Translations under genes and position numbers: made by a program
Notes under the pieces: model-generated
Databases searched by the model: none
What the model saw: only the letters and a program-made list of their open reading frames with translations
Told to the model about the DNA's origin: nothing
IMG/VR virus record: IMGVR_UViG_3300046719_000014
Span: 1 to 50,661 of that record
DNA from: a virus
Taxonomy: Duplodnaviria > Caudoviricetes
Reading direction: 5' to 3' (one strand)
DNA: 50,661 bases
Part shown: positions 27,823-36,412 of the stretch, piece by piece
How positions within the stretch are numbered: the stretch's first letter is position 1
How the letters are laid out: each line of letters begins with the position of its first letter

Positions 27823-28143
27823 GTGGCGGCGCCCAAACCGATCCCGGACACACCGACGCACTGCCGTTGCGGCGCTCTGCTGCCGCCGCTGCGCCGCTAT
27901 GGGGGGCTGTGCAGCGCGTGCTTGCCGTCCGCGCCGCCGTCGAGGCTGCCCGACCCCATGGCCACGGCTTGGACGATAGTCAGCGCGTTTGTGAGGCAGC
28001 GCCCCGCCGGGCCCGAGAACTGGTTTGTTGTGCGCTGCCGTTGCGGGACCGTGCGCGAGATGAGCTCGAGCAAGTGGCGCAGCCGGCACTCGACGCAGTG
28101 CGACGCATGCCGCCGCTCTGCGACGCGGGGGCCTACCTACTAA
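27823..28143 (+). CDS. Zn-finger hypothetical protein
   Basis: CRCG..CSAC; VRCRCG..CDAC. Confidence 0.6.
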   Translation: MAAPKPIPDTPTHCRCGALLPPLRRYGGLCSACLPSAPPSRLPDPMATAWTIVSAFVRQRPAGPENWFVVRCRCGTVREMSSSKWRSRHSTQCDACRRSATRGPTY

Positions 28144-28163
28144 CACAACGGGTTTGACTGTCT

Positions 28164-28835
28164 ATGCCGCCCAAGCAGCGCACACGACCTGCACCCAAAA
28201 AAGCCGCCATCAGCAGCAAAGCCCGGCGCTCGCGCCCGCGCGCGCGCGAAACAGACAAGCCCAAGAAACGAGCCCGCCCGACTGTCGAGCTTTACGAGCG
28301 CGCAGTGGTGCTCGGCGACCTCGCAGGGCGCGGCGTCAGCATCCCCGACATGACACTGCAACAGTCAGATCGGCGCGTCGTGTATAACCGCGTGCTGCAT
28401 GAGCGGCTGTGCGCCATGGTTGCCGTCGGCGTCCCCATCGCCACCGCGTGCCAGGCAGAGTCAATCAACCGCTCGACCTACTACGACTGGCGCAAGCGCG
28501 GTCAGGGCGGCGAGCAGCCGTTTGCGACGTTTTGGGCTGACATGCAGACGTCGCTCGCTCGAGCAGAGGCGAGCGTCGTGCAGCGCGTCACGTCGGCGTC
28601 GCTCGAGGATTGGCGCGCGGGCGCTTGGTATCTCGAGCGGCGGTTTCCTCAGCGCTACAGGCAGAAGCAGACTCTCACCGTCAGCAAGGGCCCCTCAGAC
28701 ATGAGCGACGCAGAGCTCGACGCTGCGATCGCTAAGTACGGATTCACGCGCGCGCCCGACGCGCTCACCGACTCGCAACCTTCACCGACCACCGACGCCG
28801 CACCCGGCTCGCAAGGACCATCACCGCATGCCTAG
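28164..28835 (+). CDS. Terminase small subunit (HTH type)
   Basis: ATACQAESINRSTYYDWRKRG, DWRAGAWYLERRFP, MSDAELD; upstream of TerL. Confidence 0.75.
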   Translation: MPPKQRTRPAPKKAAISSKARRSRPRARETDKPKKRARPTVELYERAVVLGDLAGRGVSIPDMTLQQSDRRVVYNRVLHERLCAMVAVGVPIATACQAESINRSTYYDWRKRGQGGEQPFATFWADMQTSLARAEASVVQRVTSASLEDWRAGAWYLERRFPQRYRQKQTLTVSKGPSDMSDAELDAAIAKYGFTRAPDALTDSQPSPTTDAAPGSQGPSPHA

Positions 28836-30039
28836 ACCTATCATCGCAATCCCTACGTGGGCAACCACCGGCACCAAGCTCGAGCCGCCGAGCGGCAAGC
28901 GCGCGCTCGGCTGGATTGTCGACGAGCCGCCGCCCGCGGAGTGGTGGAACTACCTGCAGAACGCGACCGGCGAGTGGCTCACGTTTCTCAACGCAGTCAT
29001 ACTCGGCGAGGCAACCGCCGACCTCGCGCTGCGCTTCGCGCAATCGAGCGCCGCCGCCGACCTCGTGCCGCTCATCGCTGCGACTGTCGCGCCCAACGGC
29101 TCTTACCGCCTCGTCGCGCGCTTCCCGACCACGTCGCCTACCGTCTACGCGAGTCTCTACGTAGGCGGCAGCGCTACGCGCAAGTTCATGCTGGTTTATA
29201 ACGCCAGCTGGAACGGCACGCAGTGGGCACAGAATAGCGCCGCCATCGCACAGGCCATCGCGATCAACACCACCAACGCGCTCGAGGTGCTCACGCATCC
29301 CGCGAGCCCGGCGAGCTGGAATGACTCGGCATGGGCGTCGGGCGCATTCGATACCATCAACGTCACGACGCTCAACGCGACATCGATCACAGCGACAGCC
29401 GGCAACTTCACCGCAACGTTGTTCGGCAAAAACACCACATGCGAGACCCTCACCGCCACCAACCACGTCACCGCCGACAACGTAAAGGCCGAGCTCTCGC
29501 TACACCTCACGGGCCCCATCGACATTGAATACGAGCTAGCGGCAGCGGCGATTCCGATGCGTTACCTGCAGCTCGACATCATGCGCCCGATCTATTGGAA
29601 CGTGGCGCCGCCCGAGCCGCTCGGCTCGCTCGTCATAAACAGCAGTCAAGGCGCGGTCAGCAACACGCACGCGACTAACAGTGTATGGGTTGAGTACCCC
29701 GTCGCTGTGCCGCGCGGCACGCAGAAAGTCACTCTCGAGATCACGTGGCGCGCATTCGGGCCCACCGTCTACAACCTAGCGAAGCTCGTGTGGTGGCCCC
29801 GTGCCATGGGAGCCACCAACCCGCAGCCGCCACCCGACAACACCTACAGTCAGATCGGCGCTGACATCAACTTGCCAGGATTCACCGCCACCGACGTCTA
29901 CGTGACAAGCGCGACTTACACCGGGCTTCTCGTGATCAACGGTGACAGCCGCTACAGCGTGCTCGTCAAGCTCGCCCCGGGCGGCGTGCTTTGGGGCATT
30001 CGCCTCGGATTCGCAGACCCCGGCGCACGCAACGGCTAA
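28828..30039 (+). CDS. Tail-fibre-like protein located between the terminase genes
   Basis: N-terminal PTWATTG..EPPSGKRALGW..PPPAEWWNYLQN..WLTFL fibre-anchor-type motif; Thr/Asn-rich beta region. Confidence 0.65.
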   Translation: MPRPIIAIPTWATTGTKLEPPSGKRALGWIVDEPPPAEWWNYLQNATGEWLTFLNAVILGEATADLALRFAQSSAAADLVPLIAATVAPNGSYRLVARFPTTSPTVYASLYVGGSATRKFMLVYNASWNGTQWAQNSAAIAQAIAINTTNALEVLTHPASPASWNDSAWASGAFDTINVTTLNATSITATAGNFTATLFGKNTTCETLTATNHVTADNVKAELSLHLTGPIDIEYELAAAAIPMRYLQLDIMRPIYWNVAPPEPLGSLVINSSQGAVSNTHATNSVWVEYPVAVPRGTQKVTLEITWRAFGPTVYNLAKLVWWPRAMGATNPQPPPDNTYSQIGADINLPGFTATDVYVTSATYTGLLVINGDSRYSVLVKLAPGGVLWGIRLGFADPGARNG

Positions 30040-30042
30040 GCA

Positions 30043-31530
30043 GTGGCTGCTCGCATCGAGGACAACCGCTATCTCGAGCGGCTCATGGCGGAACGTGCCC
30101 GCCGCCATGAGCTGCAGCGGCGCGTGCGCGACCGCCCCGTAAAGCTGCACGACTTCGTGCGGGCTGCGTGGCCTTTGGTGGTGCCTAACGCCACCTTCGT
30201 GGACTCTTGGCACGTCGGGGCCATCTGCGAACACTTGACCGCTCAGAGCGAGGGGCAGCTGCCGCGGCTCTGCATCAACGTGCCACCCGGCAGCTCAAAA
30301 AGTTCGACAGTTTGTGTCATGTGGCCCGCATGGGAGTGGACACTGCGCCCAGGTATACAGTGGCAGTTTTCGGCCTACGCAGACACGCTCGCGGTGCGTG
30401 ACTCGCTGCGTTGTCGGCTGCTCGTCGAGCAGATGTGGTACCGCGAGCTTTACGGCGACGTGTGGCAGCCCAACCGCCGCGCGTGGCTCGCCGATCGCTT
30501 CGAGAATGACAAGGGCGGCATACGGCAGAGTGTGAGCGTCGGCGGCTCGCCTACAGGCTTTCACTGCCACCGTCAGATCGTCGATGACCCCATCAAGCCC
30601 ATCGACGCGCACAGCGCGCTCGCGCTCGCGAGGTGTCGCATGTGGTGGTGGGAAACGATGGCCTCGCGCGTGCTGCCGGGCGCGAGCAACACCCGCACCA
30701 TCATCATGCAACGCTTACACGACCGCGACCTCGCGGGCGAGGCCGCCGAGCAAGACTACGCGGTGCTGTCTATCCCGATGGTCTACAGTCGCAAGGCGAC
30801 GCGCGCAGCCACGCCCCTCGGGTGGCTCGACCCTCGCAAGTCCGACGGCGAGCTGCTGTGCCCGGCTCGATGGTCAGAGGCAGAGGTTGCGCGGCGCAAG
30901 CGCGAGTTCGGGCCCGAGGGCTGGAGCTCGCAAGACCAGCAAGACCCTGTACCCGAGGGCGGGGCCATCTATCACACCGAGTGGATGCAGCACCGTTACC
31001 ACGTGTTGCCGCGGCTCGACGCGTCGCTCATCGTGCTCAGCTTTGACTGTGCGTTCAAAGCAGATGAAACGTCGTCATACGTCGCGGGCCAAGTGTGGGC
31101 CTATCTCGCGCCGCGCTTCTATCTGCTCGACGAGGTGCGCGATCACCTCGACTTTTTAGGCACCATCGCCGCCATCGAGACGCTCTACCGCAAGTGGCCC
31201 GCGTGCTCTGCTGTGCTCATCGAAGATAAAGCCAACGGGCCCGCAGTGATGGATGTGCTCAGAAACCGCATCCCGGGCATCATCCCCATCGAGCCCGAGG
31301 GCAGCAAGATTGCGCGGGCCTACAGCACGCAGCCCGTGTTCGCGTCGGGCTCGGTTCACCTGCCGCACCATACCGTCGCGCCATGGATCGAAGAGTGGGT
31401 TGTAGAACACACGCGCTTCCCGCGCGGGGCTGCCAACGACCGCGTCGACGCGCAGAGCCAGGCTTTACGCTGGCTCACCGCGGGCATCGCGTCGGGTTAC
31501 CTGCAGGCGCTCGACGAGATATCCCTATGA
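30043..31530 (+). CDS. Terminase large subunit
   Basis: INVPPGSSKS, IVDDP, IIMQRLHDRDLAG, QQDP, SFDCAFK, IEDKANG, FPRGAANDRVDA. Confidence 0.96.
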   Translation: MAARIEDNRYLERLMAERARRHELQRRVRDRPVKLHDFVRAAWPLVVPNATFVDSWHVGAICEHLTAQSEGQLPRLCINVPPGSSKSSTVCVMWPAWEWTLRPGIQWQFSAYADTLAVRDSLRCRLLVEQMWYRELYGDVWQPNRRAWLADRFENDKGGIRQSVSVGGSPTGFHCHRQIVDDPIKPIDAHSALALARCRMWWWETMASRVLPGASNTRTIIMQRLHDRDLAGEAAEQDYAVLSIPMVYSRKATRAATPLGWLDPRKSDGELLCPARWSEAEVARRKREFGPEGWSSQDQQDPVPEGGAIYHTEWMQHRYHVLPRLDASLIVLSFDCAFKADETSSYVAGQVWAYLAPRFYLLDEVRDHLDFLGTIAAIETLYRKWPACSAVLIEDKANGPAVMDVLRNRIPGIIPIEPEGSKIARAYSTQPVFASGSVHLPHHTVAPWIEEWVVEHTRFPRGAANDRVDAQSQALRWLTAGIASGYLQALDEISL

Positions 31531-31569
31531 CCCGTAGACAGCTCGAGCGCTCGCCCGCTACGCGCCCCC

Positions 31570-33006
31570 ATGACCGAGCGGCTCGACGGTTGGGAAAACG
31601 TGATCACGGGGCTCGGCACCCTGCGAGACAAGCTCACTCACCACGCCCCGCAATTGCGGCAGCCGCTGCGTGACTCGACGCTCGAGGCGCTGCACAGTGA
31701 CGACGACATCGCCGCCCGCATCGTCGAGAAGCTGCCCGACGACGCGCTGCGCGAAAGCTTCTGCATCACCCTGCCGGCCGACGAGGACAACAGCGCGACG
31801 CTAGGCGCGGACCTCACGGCAGCGCTGCAGGCGCTCGGCGCCGACACGGCACTGCATCAGGCGTGGTGCTGGGCTCGGCTCTACGGGCTTGGCGCGGTGC
31901 TGCTCGGCGTCGATGACGGGCTCGACACCCGCGAGCCGCTCGACTTGGGCCGCGTCGTGCGCCTCTCGCACCTCACCGTGCTCCGTCGCACGCAGCTGCA
32001 GCCCGAGACGTATTACAACGAGCCCCTCGCCGCACGTTTCGGCGAGGTTGAGACCTATCGACTCATGCGGCTCGCCGTTCCGCGCGGCTCGGCTATCGCT
32101 GCGCGCAGCTACGACAAGCTCGACGCAGTCGTGCACGAGTCACGGCTGCTACAGTTTCGGGGCGTGCTGACGTCGCGTTGGGGCGCCGCGAGCGAGCAGT
32201 TTTTTGACGACTCCGTACTGCAGCGCGCGTTCGATGCGATGCAGGCGAGCTCTAGCGCGTGGATGAGCGTGGGGCACCTGCTCACCGACGCCTCGCAAGG
32301 TGTGTTCCGCGTCAAGAATCTGTTGCAGCTGCTAGCTGCGAACGGCGAGGAAAAGCTACGCAAGCGCGTGCAGATTATGGACCTCGTACGCAGCGTTTGC
32401 CGCGCGCTGCTCATCGACGCAGACGCCGAGTCATTCGAGCGGCTCGCTACGAGTTTCTCGAGCATGCCCGAGCTGCTCGACCGCTACATGCTGCGCGTAT
32501 CTGCTGCCGCGGGCATGCCCGCAACTGTCCTATGGGGGCGCTCGCCCGCCGGATTGAACGCCACCGGCGAGAGCGACGTGCGCAACTGGTACGACCAAGT
32601 CGGATCAGAGCGCAGCAAGATTCTGACGCCTCGCATCGAGCAGCTCACACGCGTGTGTATGTCGGCAGCCGAGGGCCCGACTAAGGGCAAGGTGCTCGAC
32701 GAGTTCGAGGTCGAATACCCGCCGCTATGGCAGCCCAGCGCGAAAGAGGCCGCCGAGACGTTCAACTTGCGCGCGCAGGCGCTCGTCGCGCTCGTCAACG
32801 CGCGCATCATCCGGGCAGAGGAAGCGGCACTTAACATCGCCCAGGCCGGCGAGCTCGACGAGATAGACACCGACGCACGCGAGGCCATGCTGGCGCTCGA
32901 CATCGAGGCCGAGCTCGAGCGGCTGCGCCAAGGCGGCGGCGCCGAGCCGCAGGCGCTGCCACCCAACGCACCGCCCGCCGACCCCACCGAGCCCGACCCG
33001 AGCTAG
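31570..33006 (+). CDS. Portal protein (DUF1073-like)
   Basis: DGWENVITGLG, ARLYG, VHESRL, PATVLWGRSPAGLNATGESDVRNWYD. Confidence 0.92.
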   Translation: MTERLDGWENVITGLGTLRDKLTHHAPQLRQPLRDSTLEALHSDDDIAARIVEKLPDDALRESFCITLPADEDNSATLGADLTAALQALGADTALHQAWCWARLYGLGAVLLGVDDGLDTREPLDLGRVVRLSHLTVLRRTQLQPETYYNEPLAARFGEVETYRLMRLAVPRGSAIAARSYDKLDAVVHESRLLQFRGVLTSRWGAASEQFFDDSVLQRAFDAMQASSSAWMSVGHLLTDASQGVFRVKNLLQLLAANGEEKLRKRVQIMDLVRSVCRALLIDADAESFERLATSFSSMPELLDRYMLRVSAAAGMPATVLWGRSPAGLNATGESDVRNWYDQVGSERSKILTPRIEQLTRVCMSAAEGPTKGKVLDEFEVEYPPLWQPSAKEAAETFNLRAQALVALVNARIIRAEEAALNIAQAGELDEIDTDAREAMLALDIEAELERLRQGGGAEPQALPPNAPPADPTEPDPS

Positions 33007-33009
33007 CGC

Positions 33010-35727
33010 ATGGCATCCCGCTCGAGCGCAGAACGAGCTCGCAACCGCGCGCGCCTCGCGCAGCGGCAGCGGCGCATGCTCGGCGCAGAGCGGCGCAACA
33101 TGGCTGCAGCTCGCCCGCGCGCCGAGCCGTTCCCCGAGGCCGCTCTCGAGCGCTACACGCGCATGCTTGTCGAGCACGTTACAGCGATCTACGCATCCGC
33201 ACGCGCGGCCATCCGCCCGCACCTCGCCGCATGGTCGCGCATCTACAGCAAGCCCAAGCGCACCGACACCGCGCTCGATAACGGCTACCACGGGCCCCGC
33301 ATCGCCATCGTGGGCCCGCCTCGCGCGGGCAAGTCGACGCTCTCCGAGCAACTCGCAACGATGCTGCGCGCGCCCGTCGTGCACGCCGATCACTATGCCT
33401 ATCTAGGATGGTCGCAGGCGAGCGACGCACTCGCCGACCGCATGCTCGCGGGCCCGGCCATCTTCGAGGGCGTGGCAGTCAGCCGGGCGCTGCGTAAGGT
33501 GCTCGCCCGTACGCCTCGCTCGGCTCGCCCACCCGTCGACGCTGTCATCGTGCTCGGCACGCCGCTCGAGCCGCTCGAGCACGGTCAACGCGTCATGGCA
33601 CTCGGGCACGACCGGGTGCTCTCCGAGGTGCTGCCCGAGCTCGTGCGGCGCGGTGTGACCATCATCCGAGGCGAGCGCAACGCGCTTGCGTCGATGCGTC
33701 AGGCGCGCACTGACGCGGAAAAGCAGCCGCCTAACACGCCGTCGGGGATCATCGACGGTGCTGCCGTTACGCTGCCGCTCGACTTCAAGATCCCGGACAT
33801 CCGCGGGGGCTCTCTCGAGGCCGCCGTCGGCGTCAGCGTCAACGTCGACGAGACGCTGCGCAGGCAAATCGAGTCAGTCACGGGCATTGATCCGCACCTG
33901 CCGCAGTCAGGCATCGCAGAGGGGCTCGAGGCATTCACGGAAGCCTCGATCCTGCGCGTGCGCAACCTCACCGACGAGACATACGCCGACATCAAGCGGC
34001 TCGTCATGAGCGAGCTCGAGGAGGGCGCGCGCCCCGACGAGATAGCGGCCAAGCTGCAGGCGCAGTTCGAGGTCGCTAAGAGACACGCGCAGCTCATCGC
34101 AAACGACGCGATCGGCAAGTACCACGGCGAGCAGACGCGGCTGCGTCAGACGCAACTCGGCATCACTGACTACACATGGGCGACGAGCAAGGATCGCAAG
34201 GTGCGCCCCTACCACCGCGCGCTCGAGGGCACGCGGCAAAAGTGGGCAGAGCCACCCGTCGTCAATCCGACCACGGGCAAGCGCGCACACCCGGGCTTCG
34301 ATACTCACTTTTATGCGTGTCGATGCAGTGCGATCCCGATCATTGACGACGCCGTGATTGACGCCGAGCTGCCGCCCGAGCCCGCGCCGCCGCGCCCGCC
34401 CGCGTCGCCGCGAGCTCGCCCGCTGCAGCCGCCGCTCGCGCCGATGCCGCCGCAGCAGCTGCCGCTGCCGGGCTTGCCCGCTGGCCCGAGCTCGGGCCCC
34501 GTGACTGCGCCGCCGCGTCGACGCATCCGCATTCAGCCACGCGGCGCAGCACCCACGCAGCCGACGCTGCCGGGCTTGCCGACCGCGCCACCCGCGCCGC
34601 CACGAGCTGCACCGCCGCTGCCCACACCACCGCCAGCGCCGCCGCCGCCCACGCGACCGCCGCCGGGCATCACCGAGCCGCCCGCGCCGCTGCCGCTGCC
34701 CGTCGAGCCACCGCCCGCGCCGCTGCCGCGCCCAGCGCCGCAGCCGCTGCCCACGCTGCCCGTCGAGCCGCCCGCGCCGCTGCCGCGCACGCGCCCGCAG
34801 CCGGGCATCTTCGAGCCGCCCGAGCCGCTGCCGCGCGTCGCGCCGCCCGCGCCACCCGCAGCCCCGCCGGCAGCGCCTGCCGTTATCCCGCCCGCCATCG
34901 AGCTCACGCCCGAGCAGCGCGAGCAGCTCGTCACCGAGCTCGCCACCGCCATCGACCAACTGCTGCGCGGGCTCGATGACGGCTCAGCCGCGCGCGCGCT
35001 CGTCGCTGCGTGGTACGAGCGCGAGACGCTCACAAAGTCGGGGCTGTTCGGCGACCCGGGCCCCGTGCAGCTCGACACCATCGAGCTCAAGGCGCGGCTC
35101 AACCGCGCGGGCACGGTATACGGCGAGTTCGACCTGCGCACGCGTCACATACGACTCGTCAAGTCACGCACGCAGAGCGCGCTCGAGGGGCTGCGCGCCA
35201 TCGCTGCCGGCGACGAGATACTGCCCAACTCTTTCGGCGGGCTCAAGACGATCTTTCACGAGGTCGCTCACGGCTACGGGCCGACCATGCGCTACGAGAC
35301 CGCAGGCGCGACGCGGCTGTTCTACGACGAGATCACCACCGAGGTCACAGCGCGCGGGTTTGTCTCGACGCTCGCGGGGCTCGAGCAAGAGGCGCTACCC
35401 AAGCACCATCTGCTCGCTCTGCCCAAGCAGACGGGCGAGGGCTGGACGTTCAACCCTGTGCGCTCGTACGACCGCGAGATCGCAGCCATGTTGCAGGCCA
35501 TCACCGACAACACGGCGCTCACCGCGGCAGAGGCTCGAGCGCAACTGCTCGAGGGCGCGCTCGATTGGAAGTCCCGCAACGACGTGCCCGCGAGCGCGCA
35601 GGCCATCGCCGACGAGTTTTGGCTCTCCATGCGCAAGCTCACAGACGAGCAGCGCGTTGCCATCAAGGCGCAGCTGCGCAACCCAAAGGCCGCCACCAAG
35701 GCCGTCCCGTTCATCCCGCACGACTGA
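33010..35727 (+). CDS. MuF/SPP1 gp7-like minor head protein with inserted P-loop domain and C-terminal HEXXH metallopeptidase
   Basis: YTWATSKDRKVRPYH..HPG..CRC (MuF); IAIVGPPRAGKST; Pro-rich linker; IFHEVAH..YDEITTE. Confidence 0.88.
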   Translation: MASRSSAERARNRARLAQRQRRMLGAERRNMAAARPRAEPFPEAALERYTRMLVEHVTAIYASARAAIRPHLAAWSRIYSKPKRTDTALDNGYHGPRIAIVGPPRAGKSTLSEQLATMLRAPVVHADHYAYLGWSQASDALADRMLAGPAIFEGVAVSRALRKVLARTPRSARPPVDAVIVLGTPLEPLEHGQRVMALGHDRVLSEVLPELVRRGVTIIRGERNALASMRQARTDAEKQPPNTPSGIIDGAAVTLPLDFKIPDIRGGSLEAAVGVSVNVDETLRRQIESVTGIDPHLPQSGIAEGLEAFTEASILRVRNLTDETYADIKRLVMSELEEGARPDEIAAKLQAQFEVAKRHAQLIANDAIGKYHGEQTRLRQTQLGITDYTWATSKDRKVRPYHRALEGTRQKWAEPPVVNPTTGKRAHPGFDTHFYACRCSAIPIIDDAVIDAELPPEPAPPRPPASPRARPLQPPLAPMPPQQLPLPGLPAGPSSGPVTAPPRRRIRIQPRGAAPTQPTLPGLPTAPPAPPRAAPPLPTPPPAPPPPTRPPPGITEPPAPLPLPVEPPPAPLPRPAPQPLPTLPVEPPAPLPRTRPQPGIFEPPEPLPRVAPPAPPAAPPAAPAVIPPAIELTPEQREQLVTELATAIDQLLRGLDDGSAARALVAAWYERETLTKSGLFGDPGPVQLDTIELKARLNRAGTVYGEFDLRTRHIRLVKSRTQSALEGLRAIAAGDEILPNSFGGLKTIFHEVAHGYGPTMRYETAGATRLFYDEITTEVTARGFVSTLAGLEQEALPKHHLLALPKQTGEGWTFNPVRSYDREIAAMLQAITDNTALTAAEARAQLLEGALDWKSRNDVPASAQAIADEFWLSMRKLTDEQRVAIKAQLRNPKAATKAVPFIPHD

Positions 35728-35792
35728 CGAGCCCGCCGCCGGGCGCCTCTCAGCCTGGCGCAAACGGCGCGCGACACCTCGACAACCGCGCA

Positions 35793-35895
35793 CGCATACG
35801 ACTCGCATACGATTCGCGCACACACGCAAGCTCATACACTACGCTGACAAACGACTACACTATGCATCGCATCGATTACACTACGATTGTAGTGT
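35793..35895. repeat. Phased TACACTA repeats and palindrome in a low-GC intergenic segment
   Basis: tacacta at 35835, 35856, 35877; acactac-gatt-gtagtgt 35878-35895; cgcatacga at 35793 and 35804. Confidence 0.7.
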
Positions 35896-36020
35896 GTGCG
35901 TACCGTAGTCACATCGTACCCAAACCACGCCGGCGCGGGGCTCGGCCGGCCTCGCAGAGCCCCCGGCGCCACGCAGGGGCCCGGCGAGGGGGCGCGGGCG
36001 GCTGCGTGGTAGGCTGCGCC

Positions 36021-36284
36021 ATGGCAACCCAATCCGCCGCCGAGCTGCTCGCCGTGCGCCTCTACCCATGGAGCGCCGCCGACATCCTCGAAATCGCCGC
36101 CGCCTACCTCGCCGACCCGGCGCATGGCGACTTCACCGACCTTGACCTGCACGAGCACACGCGCGCCGCCGAGCTCAGCGACGCCGAGCTCGAGCGGCTC
36201 GAGCAGGATGTGCAGCGCATCCGCTTCGAGCACTTCCGCCGGCTCGGGCAAGACCCGCCGCCGCAGCCCGTCGCCATCGAATAA
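36021..36284 (+). CDS. Small acidic protein downstream of MuF (candidate immunity protein)
   Basis: 87 aa; TGgTAGGCT 5 nt before the ATG. Confidence 0.55.
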   Translation: MATQSAAELLAVRLYPWSAADILEIAAAYLADPAHGDFTDLDLHEHTRAAELSDAELERLEQDVQRIRFEHFRRLGQDPPPQPVAIE

Positions 36285-36334
36285 CCGGGCTTTTCCCGGG
36301 CAGCACCCGCCCGCGAGCCCCCGCGCGCTTGGCA

Positions 36335-36407
36335 GTCATGGAGTCAGACAGTCTCGACGTCATGCCAGCGTGACGTCTTGACACGCCCAAAACTCGCCCA
36401 GTACGGG
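36335..36407 (+). promoter_or_regulatory. Octamer array 7 overlapping the head-operon promoter
   Basis: gtcatgga gtcagaca gtctcgac gtcatgcc agcgtgac gtcttgac; TTGACA 36378-36383, N18, TACGGG. Confidence 0.75.
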
Positions 36408-36412
36408 CGCGT

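Noticed and set aside
34370-34895. Pro-rich repeats in MuF as a DNA-level repeat element
   Set aside because: Low-complexity protein linker with variable codons.
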